Of a DNA stretch of 64,000 nucleotides, positions 26,690 through 37,151 are shown in pieces. A program made the position numbers and the translations under genes. The stretch comes from Lama glama (Eukaryota): the NCBI GenBank assembly GCA_028534125.1, contig CM052816.1:40116001-40180000 (forward strand), read 5' to 3'. Position 1 is the stretch's first letter; every line of letters starts with the position of its first letter. The notes beneath the pieces were generated by a model that had not been told where the DNA came from, ran no database searches, and was given only the letters and a program-made list of their open reading frames with translations.

Positions 26690-26730
26690 TTCTCTAAATT
26701 CTTCTCTTGTGTGTGTGTTTTTTCCCCCAG
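26690..26730 (+). promoter_or_regulatory. Branch point / polypyrimidine tract / 3' splice acceptor of the ST8SIA4 last exon
   Basis: CTCTAAAT branch-like motif, then CTTCTCT(TG)5 T6 C5 AG directly before the conserved coding frame. Confidence 0.9.
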
Positions 26731-27013
26731 TTACTGGCTGACAAACAAAGTTCCCATCAAAAGACCCAGCACAGGTCTGCTCATGTATACACTCGCCACA
26801 AGATTCTGTGATGAAATTCACCTATATGGATTCTGGCCATTCCCTAAGGATTTGAATGGAAAACCTGTCAAATATCATTACTATGATGACTTAAAGTATA
26901 GATACTTTTCCAATGCAAGTCCTCATAGAATGCCATTAGAATTCAAAACATTAAATGTGCTGCATAATAGAGGAGCTCTGAAACTGACAACAGGAAAGTG
27001 CGTAAAGCAATAA
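26731..27013 (+). CDS. ST8SIA4: Terminal coding exon of CMP-Neu5Ac poly-alpha-2,8-sialyltransferase ST8SIA4 (C-terminal 93 aa plus one base of a split codon)
   Basis: After the polypyrimidine acceptor TTTTTTCCCCCAG (ends 26730), the frame from 26732 reads [93 protein letters not shown] (TAA 27011-27013). It contains sialylmotif S (PSTG...C.EIHLYGF), motif III (HYYD), motif VS (HRMPLE) and the ST8SIA4 C-terminus TTGKCVKQ. The ORF-track start at 26711 lies in the intron. Confidence 0.97.
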
Positions 27014-30000
27014 AGCACATCTGAAAATACAGACTGAATATGCACTTCTTTTCTGAAGATGCTTCCTGAGATTTGCAAATAGGATCCAAAACAAGACTGG
27101 ATTTCAGCATCCACCACTTATCTGAAAGGTGATAAAGGACATTCATGAGAAATCCACTACCAGCTGATGAAATACCTGCAAAGTGCTCTAAAAATTATGT
27201 ATTTTGACTTCAAGGGTCCTAGTAAGTGCCACTTCCACTAAGAACACAGTTTGAATGTATAAACAGTAGTGTTTACAAGATCCAACAATGCACTTGTCAT
27301 TAGTTAATGAAGCAAATATGTTCATCACTGTTGGGCTGCCACTGCAAGGCCAAGCACATGAGAAGAGGAACCCGGGAACACAACTCAGCCCTCGGGAAAA
27401 CTGAAGCGTCCTGTCAGCAGAAATCAAGAGGGAAACAGTTTGAGCAGTGAAATCCTTAAGATTAAACAACTCAAGTCAATGCCTTCAGTCAGGACTCTGT
27501 GTTTGATCATGAATTTTATGTTTTTGTTTCTGTTCTTCTTTGCCTTCTGGAATCTCTTTTGGTTTTGGTATTGGGGTGCTTAGAAATCCTTTCTGAGATA
27601 AATATGAATGAGATGAATAATCTGCAAGTGATCATTTTTGAAGTTCTTATATTTTTAAAGAGTTATCCCACAATGACTTTGTAAAAAGGTTTTATTTTGC
27701 ACAACTGTAAACCTCCAGATTTTTTTCCAGTGGTGTAGAAGGTACCAGCTAAACTGTATCACTCGGTAATCTTGAGCCATTCTAAAGGAAAGATATTCCG
27801 AGATGATAAAATTAGCAGGAGAAAAAAATGTACTTTTGGTACCAAAGATTATAATGATGTGTCTACACAACAAACCATTCTCCTTTCATGAAGATAATAT
27901 ATTAATATATTATTATGCTACTAATATAAAAGTTGTCTCTGGATATTTTAAACTTTTCAAACTTTATTTTTATTTGACAGAAGATTCCACAGCTTTTACA
28001 TTTCATAATGATTTTGTGGAAGCATTCTGCCCTTTAGAGTAAATGTTCAACTGATAGGGCTGGAATGTGACTTCTAGTTCTTTGATATCCCCCTTGTTAT
28101 TCAGATGGAAAGACTGGCACGCTCTCTAGATTATTGTTAAATTCTCTTAGTGCAAAAATAATATGATTGATAGAGTGTTGTTTTCATCACAGACATCATT
28201 ACTTTTAAGAGGTTTAACAATGAAACTGTACATCAGTATTTTGCACTTCAAGTTAAATTAACTAGTATTTTTTTCTGTAGTTAAATTTATTCATGTTATC
28301 ACATTAATGTGTTTTCATACAAGCACATGAAATTAGTAATAAAAATTTAAAAACTTTTAACATATAGCAGAATTGACTAGTAGGCCAATTTCTGGTAATT
28401 AGTATGCTGGTAGGTAATTCTGATGGTAAATCGTTTCTTTAGAAAACAGAAGTGCTATGTTCCCACTTTTGCTCTTGACCTGAAACAACATAGATTACTT
28501 CTTGTTTCTTAGGGAAGGCAGTCTGAGAAAAGAAGAAATAGCATGAGGAATATATGTACGTTTTCAAGGACAAAGGATATTCATGGTAGTACAGTTCTCA
28601 ATAGTATGTGGTATTCTTTTTTAAAATATGGTAGAACCTTGGGATACAGAAGATTATATTTTCTGAGAATTTATGTATCTCTGAGAAAACAAAATAGAAT
28701 CCATAAAGGAGATGCATAGCTAAAAATGGATAGAACATGATGTGCTTTTATCATTGAACCTCTTATTTATTGGAAATTTTTGAAGAATTGGGTCCATATT
28801 CTGAATGTAAACTTGAAAAATCGGATTTACTTAACGAATCCAAAATAGGTTAATTACCTAATTTGGACTATTTGCAGACAGGTTGTTTGAGTAGCCTTTA
28901 GTTTGAATTCAACAGAAATGTTTGAAGTCACAGGTAAATCCTTATAGATAAAATCCATCTCAGAACTCACTGAAAGTATGTCTCAAGAAGCAGCAGCAAG
29001 GTACCTTGCCGTTTTTACTGCATTTTTCAACAAATGCATTTAAACAACTTTTAAGGCCACAGCGAAAGCGTCCCCGACGTTCACTGTTCTGTGCGGTGGT
29101 GTTTATCCTGTAGATGCGTTGAGTAGTGCCTTTTTAGCTTCACGTGGCTTTGTTGCCCTAGGTTTTGTGTTCTCTAAATACGTTGCCCAGTTCTGAATAC
29201 GCTCAGCATGTAAAAAGGGCTTCAGTATCGACTGAGACTACTTTTGTTCATCTCAGGGAACTTTCAATACTCCAGAATGAATTCAATTAAAGGCAGTTAG
29301 TGTTCAAAGACAAACTGTACAAGACCATTTCATTCCCTATTGGATACCTTTCCGTGTCCCTCCCCCTTCACATCCGCTGTGGCCTTCTCACAGGGACAGG
29401 GCAAGGACGTCACCGAAGGCTAACAGCAAAAGGAAGAAAAAGAATTGAGATTTAACCCATTGGGGGCAAAAGGGAGCGTGATGAAATCAGATTATAAATA
29501 CATACTTGAAACACCTGTTTGTTTGTTTTTTTTCCTTTGGAGACTATCATATGTTCACAGCTTTAATCTTTTTATTTCTTTTCCACGATGTAACCCTGTA
29601 CCTGGCAGTGCCGGGCAGCTGATTGTGAACTATTCCTGTCCTTCAGAGAACGTGGTTGTTACTGTGCTGTTGACAAGAGTAGGCCGTAGGAACATTTTCA
29701 TCATTATTACCCAGCCTGTCGTGTACTTAATATTAAGTTGCTGGAATACAAAAGAAACAAATAACTTAGTAACAGATTCTTCTGGGCAAATCCAATGATT
29801 TGGCCCACAGGACTGATGAAATGACTGGAAGTTTTTCTACCTGAAGAAGGTGCCGGGCATTCCGATGTCTTTATGTATCGTCTAGCGTAGGAAATGTCTA
29901 TCAATTGCTAATGAGGATTTCTACGTATATGCTTACAGAAGAAATTTATTTAAATAAGCTATAGGTAGTGTACATACCAACTAGTTATTAAGCTACAACA

Positions 30001-30607
30001 CAGGAAAAGGGTGAACAAAGTAATTTATTTCTAATTGAGCCGGTTAGTCATAATGCACACAGTGTGGTATTTAGTTCATAAAAGACTCGTTTTCCCGTGG
30101 ATATTGTTGGGAATATCTGTAATTGTGGAAGGGGTGTAGGAAGAGTTATGTATAGTTAGTTGTTACCTCTACAAGTTTTGAGAGTTTCCCCATCAGACAT
30201 TATCAATATACCAGTGTTTTGCAAATGGAGTGAGGGAAGGTTATTGTTCATATTTGTTGAAAGAAAATCCAAATAAAGCCCACCTAGAAATAGATATTTT
30301 ATTATATATGTGCTATAGCTATATCTACATAGTACAAATAGACATGTGTGATGCATATATACAATGTTATATATGTGTGTCTGTGTGTATACACACTGAG
30401 TCTGTAATATACACACACTAGCTTTGTGTAATGCTGACATCTTCGGGGGCTGCCCTGTGGAGCACTCTGGAGATAAGACCGCTTTAGAATAAAGAAGTTC
30501 TTTTGAGACTTCCGTTACTAACCTGCTTTAAAGGGAGCTACTTTATAACTGAATTCTATGCTGTTCATACCTAGAGTTAAAATAAGGGTCTAGTATATCC
30601 AAATCTT

Positions 30608-30647
30608 AAAAAAAAAAAAAAAGAAAAGTAAAAAAAGAAAAAAAAAA
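30608..30647 (+). repeat. A-rich tract inside the ST8SIA4 3'UTR
   Basis: A15 GAAAAGT A7 G A10 run. Confidence 0.9.
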
Positions 30648-30973
30648 GTCTTGAAGCTGGCCATGTATTTGAATTGCAGTTTTCAGATTGTGGCTTCAGA
30701 CCCTGTGTCTCCCCATTTAAGTAGCACCTTTTAATAAATACTGTTTCTTTGTGTAGGCAAAAGCACAAGTGTTTCAAATGTATATAGCAGGAAAAAAAGA
30801 GTTTACAGAGATAGCATTGCTGCACAGGATAATTGCTACTGAGTATTTCTTACATCATTTGTGGAATTGAAAGATGAGGTTTATTCTGTCAAGTTCATTC
30901 TGTTCAACACTGTTTCCCTATTGTTTATGTATAGCAATTGGGTGTTATTGTTTTATCATTTGTAAAACTGTAA

Positions 30974-30984
30974 AATAAATTAAA
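30974..30984 (+). terminator. Probable distal polyadenylation signal (AATAAA overlapping ATTAAA)
   Basis: TGTAAAACTGTAAAATAAATTAAA: two UGUA motifs directly upstream of AATAAA (30974-30979) and ATTAAA (30979-30984), followed by pyrimidine/U-rich sequence. Confidence 0.65.
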
Positions 30985-31724
30985 CCCTCCCCCCTTTATT
31001 TTCAATTTCTCTCTTATCTCTTATATCCAAGACCTCGGTTCCACCTTACATGTCAACATAAGGTAAGAAAAAGCTTTAGCAAGCTTTAGCTAGCGCTTTT
31101 GTTCTCCCTGCCCCTCAGCCCCAGCCATTGGCAGTTTGGCAGATCATTTATTGTAAAGTGTATATATGTCAATATGAACACTATCAAAAGCCCCATGAAC
31201 ATCAGAACCTCTTTAACAGTTTTCTGTGTGGTGCATTATGTTTGTGGTTGAGGGAACGGAGTGTCACACGAGTTACAGTCATTTATCTCCAGTTCACGTT
31301 CACACTGGCTGCTGTCACTGGGTCTCCAGCTTCATGGATGAGGAGGCCAGTGGCTCCTTAAGCCCTGCACATTCTTATGGCTGCCCTTGACTTGTGATTT
31401 CAACTGCTGTTGCACCCACTTGCTACTGTTTGCAGGTTACCTTCCAGAAGAGGATTCTGAAAACCAAGTATTTAAATCTTCCATGGCTTTCTGTAACTAG
31501 CTAGTCTGTGTTCTCAGACTGCACTATTTTCTCTAGAAATTATTTCCTTTATTTTCATGAGTTCACTTTTAGCCTTCTAAAATTTTGAAGCATTTCTAGA
31601 AACCAACAATGAACCATGAACAATGGTTGATGAATATCGATCTTATTTGTATGTGTATAATTACCTTCTACTCTCAAAGATCCATGTACAATGGGCAGTC
31701 CTGATTTATTTTTGGGATATAATC

Positions 31725-31880
31725 AGACCTCACCATGAGCCTATGAGATGCTTACTACAACATCCCAGTTTTACAGATGAGATTAGCTGAGAGATTTTGT
31801 GGTTTGCTGAAGGTCACAAAGCTCAGAAGTGAGAAAACAAGGATTTAAATTCAAGTGGTCTGTCTGACTTCAGTGACCAC
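31725..31880 (-). mobile_element. MIR SINE
   Basis: CATCCCAGTTTTACAGATGAG...AAGGTCACAAAGCT...GGATTTAAATTCAAG...TCTGTCTGACTTCAG. Confidence 0.7.
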
Positions 31881-34800
31881 CGTCTATTTTGAGCACAGAT
31901 CAAAAGTCGAGGTAAGTCTATAGGTGGGGTATATAATTTAGACTTTGGGAAAGTCTAATAAATGAAAAAAGAATGATCCTCTCGAGTGGTAAGAAGGACT
32001 GTGCCTTCCAGGGCAATGTGTCCTGGATGGTGCTGTATAAACTGCCAATTTTTGACGCAAATTTTCCTGCATTTTTTTTCATGCAAACTGGGTTACTCTT
32101 ATGTTAGAATCTGACTTTATAGTTCACAAAATTTATTTATTTTAAAGCCTAATTATAAGATTCCTCTACAGTTTGATTGAATTTGGGTGTTTCATTCTCA
32201 CTAGTAGAAACTATTTACAGAACTATCTTAAGGTTGAAATTCTGCAGATGGCTAAGTTCATCTATTTTACATTGATTTTTTTTTTTTTACTAGTTTCCTT
32301 CTCTTCCTGAGAATGAGAGTAACCTAATCTCCAAATTAAGGGGACCGCTCAGTGATTTCTCCTGCATACTAGCTTCATCATGTATGAACGAAAAGTAAAC
32401 AAATAATCTCAGATATAAATGTATAGGTATTGTTTAATCCATTCTTAAAAGATAGATTTCAGACACTTAGGTGCTTAATTTCTGGAATCTCAATAAACAA
32501 ATTATGTGAAAGAATTGAATGCCAAGATAAATAGCTCTCTTTTTAAAATGGTTTTGCTTCCAGATTGATGGCTTCTGACTCAATCCTCAAAGTCGAATTT
32601 CTCAAGTAAACACAAGAGAATACTAGTCCAGGACATGCTCCACAAAAAAAATGTGCTCTTTGGATGACAACTCTGTGTATCTCTTCCTTGGAGATTCAGA
32701 AAATACATTAACATAGGAAAAGAGCTGAGAAATCTTGCAATAAAGAAAGAAATTTTATTGTTTAAAAAGTCATTGATAATTTTGTATATAACTTCCATTA
32801 AGTGTGAAATGATGTCCTGCAGAGCAGATTTTGGATATAACACTTCTGAATATAACAATACAAAAGAAGAGAACAGATAAGAGCTTCAGTTAGAAAAGTT
32901 GATGCTTAATTTATTCAATGTGTTCTTTTCCCATAGGCCAAAATATTTTTGAATATTTTCAAATAGGAAAATATTTTAAACTTACATATTTATTATCTAA
33001 ACTTTTTATATTTTTACAGTAACAGTTGCTCTCTTTTCTAAAATAATAATTCGACCATGACAACATTCCTAGGAGCAGTCCCAGACCTAAACTTTATTGC
33101 TGGGCAATGCACACATTAGTTAGCTTTTAAAACACTAATAGCACAGGAAGAAAGAAACATGCTATGAGGTAATAATTTGCATTTTCTGGAACAAGTCAGT
33201 GTATTAGAGTAAGCTCGCTCTGTCTGCCCAGCCCAGCTTCCTTCGCTCCAGCCTCCCATCACCGCACAGATGGGCTGCCTACTAGCACATCTGCCAGTGC
33301 CGCCAAAGAGTAAACACTCAGCTGGTAGCAGATGTTCTCCAGGAAAGATCACTACACCAGAGTTGCTCTGCTTTGGATTCTATGTTCATTGGTCTCTGCG
33401 ACTGGGCATGAGGTCATTGTGTCAAACAGATCTAGATCGTTTGTCTCTCAGGTACAGAACAATAACAGGGTAAACACAGGCTCAGATGTTTCATATTTAC
33501 CACATGCATTATGCAGAAATGTTTCTGAAGGCTCTCCTAATAAGTCAAGATTTTTCTTTTTTAAAATATGGGCTTATATTTTATTTTAAGACCTTATTTG
33601 CTGAATGTCCAAAGGTAAAACATAGGCTTAGTAAAAGAAAAGTAAGTATACTTTCTGCTTTTCTATGGACACTGTTGTAGCTGTTAGTGTTCTTGTGAGT
33701 TAGAATAATCACTTGTATTCAATATTCTAACTCCTACTTTTTATCAGTATACGAGGCATTCACTTATGGGGTAATTTTATTTCCTTCTATAGACACCGAT
33801 GGCATGTTTTTCTTATGTGAATTTATAAACTCATTTAAATATGTATGTATGTGCAAATTTGATGGTATGTGAAACCTAAAAAATAATTTATCTTATGAAA
33901 TGGTTAAAATTGATTCAACATTTATAAAGTAATACTACCTACTAGGCAGTCTGTGAAACATGAGGAGTACTTTTCGTGGTGGTTATCAAAATTTAGATGA
34001 AAGAGACAAACAAGGAAATAATCATTTCCTTTGGTGGCAAGTATTCTATTCCTAGAGTGCCCAGAGAGCTGGGGGGGCATAGAGGAGGCCAGGCGGAGGA
34101 CACAGGCTGCTCTGAGCGTGACTTGTAGTCAGGTGGCAAAATCAAGACAAGCAATACTCCATTCAGAAGCCACGAAGAACAGAAGCAGGCTGCATTTTTT
34201 TTTTTTTTTAGTGATATAAACAGTAGAGTTTGAGAAACTATTATTCTAAAAAACAGAAATATTCAACAATCTCTGCTTATGGAACTTTTACAACTTCCAC
34301 CTCTGCTCCTTACCATACTTCTCCAGAATCATTATTGAATTACAAAGTTAAATAAAGCTGAAATTGACCCTAAACCAAGCACTTACCACCAAAGCCAAGT
34401 AACCACATACCTACTGAAACAATCCACAAGACCCTCCACTTCCAAGTGTCTTTGTCTTAACATTTACTTGGTGTTCCCAGTTTGAAGGAATCCACATAAA
34501 AGAACACATCTTGTACTTGCTTCTAAGTAATGACTTTTTAAAGTGATTTATTTCTAGCCCTTCAGTACATGTTTTCAGATTATCATTACTTTTAAGTTTG
34601 ATTTTGGGGGGATCCCAGAATTTGAAAATCCATGTGCCCAAACTTTCCAAGATGTGGAATGTGAGTCTCCTAATATCACTTCTCACTCAATGATTATATC
34701 CTCTCTTCTCTGGGGTCTCCTTTTCTTCTGTCCTTATCTAAAATGTGTTTCAGTAGGATTTTTCTTGTCTTTTTATTTCCATACCTCTTGAAATCTTATC

Positions 34801-34996
34801 TATTCTGATGCTTTATAACATGGCAGATGTATGGACATGTGGAGATAATAAAATAAAGAATCTATTCATAGAAAAATGTGCATTTGTATGTCACATTCAG
34901 AGTTTAGGTTTCCTTTTAAAACACAGCTCAAAGGCATTTTAATGCAAATAGTCTATTGGGTAAATGCTCCCAGAAAGCAGAAGTGAGGAACCAGGG

Positions 34997-35357
34997 TGCC
35001 CTAGACTGAATATCTGTGTCCCTCAAAAATTCCTATGTTGAAACCCAATCCCCAACGTCATTGTATTTGGAGGACATTTGGGAAGTAATTAGGCCATGAG
35101 GGTGGAGCCCTCATGAATGAGATATGTGCCCTAATGGAAGAGACCCCAGAGAGCTCCCTCACCTCCTCCATCATGGGAGGGCACAGCAAGAAGATGGCTG
35201 ACTTTGAACCAGGAAACAGGCCCTCACAGGACACCAGGCTGCTGGTGGTTTGATCTTGGACTTCCCAGTCTCCAGAATGGGGAGAAATAAATGTTTGTTG
35301 TTTGTATGCCACCTGGCCTATTATATTTGGTTACAGCAGACTGAGTGGGCTAAGATA
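34997..35357 (+). mobile_element. MLT1A-type MaLR solo LTR with 5-bp target-site duplication
   Basis: TGCCCTAGACTGAATATCTGTGTCCC...CATGAGGGTGGAGCCCTCATGAATG...TTGATCTTGGACTTCCCAGTCTCCAGAA...GAAATAAATGTTTGTTG...CTAAGATA, flanked by CAGGG (34992-34996) and TAGGG (35358-35362). Confidence 0.85.
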
Positions 35358-36854
35358 TAGGGAAAGTGTACCAGAGAAGGAAAGAAAGCTTCTATAAAGA
35401 TATGTTTTTAAACTGACAGCTTCTATGAATACCGAGCATGCAATCCCACTTGGACTATCTGAGGAAACTTATGATAAGGATCTCAGGATTCAAGGGATGT
35501 AAAGGGGAAGCAATTATCCATCAGACACAATCTCCCCTTGAGAGTTTCTTTATGAGTCATAAACCCCCTGAACTTCTGAGTTGCACATATGAATTCTAAG
35601 CTAGCTCCCACAGGTGTCCCAAAGCATATGCTAGAAAAGGACCCGAGCAGTATGCAAGAGAGGCAATGCTCGCGTGACAGGAGGCACTGTCTGCACAATA
35701 TTTTTTGCTGAATTAGTGACTGGAATGAGAGGTGAGGCAGAGAAGAAATGAGGTACTACACAAGGTGTTTAATATAGCCCTTCCAGTGTACCACATGCAG
35801 AGGCTTGTGCCCTCCATAATCAACTCTCCAATTTGTTGGTTGGTTGTAAACTTTACAGAAGAGTTCATATAAGAGGGTTAGCTTGGCAGCTATGGTCCCA
35901 CCATCTGTAAATCATTGCAAGCCATAATGGGTGTACATTCTCTCTCTCTTAGAGCTCCATCACTTCAGCTGGTGTGGCATTCTTGCCTGGGGGGAGACTC
36001 AAATCTTCAAGGAGTCTGAGCACTTAGTTGACTTGTCTGTGGTGGACCTTGATTGCTGCAAGTGTCACTCAGATTTATTTCTGGGCCCTGAAGCACCAAG
36101 AGCCAAGCAGTGAAACTTCCTGGTCCCAGACATGCCCGCCCCTTTAACTAGCAAACAGCACTCACGCTAACTCTTTGTCATGATCAGTGCCAATACCCTG
36201 CCAGCATGAAAACTTCCTTCCTTCCTACTGGCCCATTGGCATGAGCAGCCCAATTGGATGAGGGGGTAATTTTAGGTTCTAGTTCACTTGAGATCTTTGT
36301 TGTGTCCCCTGGAAGAAACATCCCCCCAGTAGAAATCAAGACATGATCTAGCAGAGTCTAAATTGTGACTCCGTGAAGCACAAATCTCCAAAATGGATTG
36401 ACAGGAGTAATAGGAACAGGAGCCAATGGTACTTTTATTAGTTGGTTATGGGACTGATATTCTAGATATTGGGGACATAGCACCATAGAATGGCCATAAG
36501 TTTAATGGATATTGCACATTTTAATGGACAGCATACCAAACCTGCATGGTGTCTTGGCTCTGAGCTGTCATTTTACTGAGCAGTTAAGAGGTAGTTCCAT
36601 TATCATATTAGTTTGGCACTTCGTGGTGATAAGGTATATAAAGACGCAAGTAGATTCCATGGTAATGGTACTTTACATTCATCCATTGCCTCACCATTTT
36701 TGCCGTAAAATTGTCTTGTTAGTCTGAGGAAATTTGCAGGATCCCATTCCAATGACTTAGGGATCTGTAAGAGCCTGGATGGTATGGTTGGCACTGTGTG
36801 TGGAAAAGCAAATCCATATCCAGGACTACGTCATTTCTGGTGAGATTAAATTGT

Positions 36855-37151
36855 TGTATGGTGCATATCAAAGGAAGAATTTCAGTAAGCCCAGAATTTT
36901 GCACCTTCCCATGCACAGAAAAACCCTAACTCCTTGAGATACCTGGTTTTCTTTAACTAACAGTAATCTTTTGATATTCCCACTACTTGGTTTTGGTTGC
37001 CAGAACTCATATACCTGGCTCCTCCCTTGTCTCTTCCGAGCCCCCTCTTAGAGGGATCTAAGAGGCTGCATCCCAGGCTTAGGTTCTCAGAAACGTCCAC
37101 CAAAGAAAACTAACTCTCAACTTTAAGGCTGTGTGTTTTTTTCAGTCGACA
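36855..37151 (+). mobile_element. Short ERV1-type LTR inserted in the ERVL internal region
   Basis: Ends ...TAACTCTCAACTTTAAGGCTGTGTGTTTTTTTCAGTCGACA, a U5 ending typical of ERV1 LTRs. Left boundary uncertain. Confidence 0.55.

Larger units (their letters stand above)
1..26730 (+). other. ST8SIA4: Last intron of ST8SIA4 (5' end lies outside the window)
   Basis: No upstream ST8SIA4 exon (sialylmotif L or PSTD N-terminal part) is recognisable in 1-26730. The region is repeat-rich and ends in a canonical acceptor. Confidence 0.85.
27014..31000 (+). other. ST8SIA4: ST8SIA4 3'UTR (~4 kb; 3' end approximate)
   Basis: AU-rich unique sequence after the stop codon with no obvious interspersed repeats, several miRNA seed matches and poly(A) hexamers. 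Mammalian ST8SIA4 is known to have a multi-kb 3'UTR. Confidence 0.7.

Noticed and set aside
26711..26730. ORF-track N-terminus MCVFSPS on the ST8SIA4 ORF
   Set aside because: It starts at a GTG inside the intronic TG/polypyrimidine tract. The real exon begins after the AG at 26730.
29445..29798. 117-aa ORF in the 3'UTR
   Set aside because: Non-ATG start, no homology I can recognise, and length within chance expectation.
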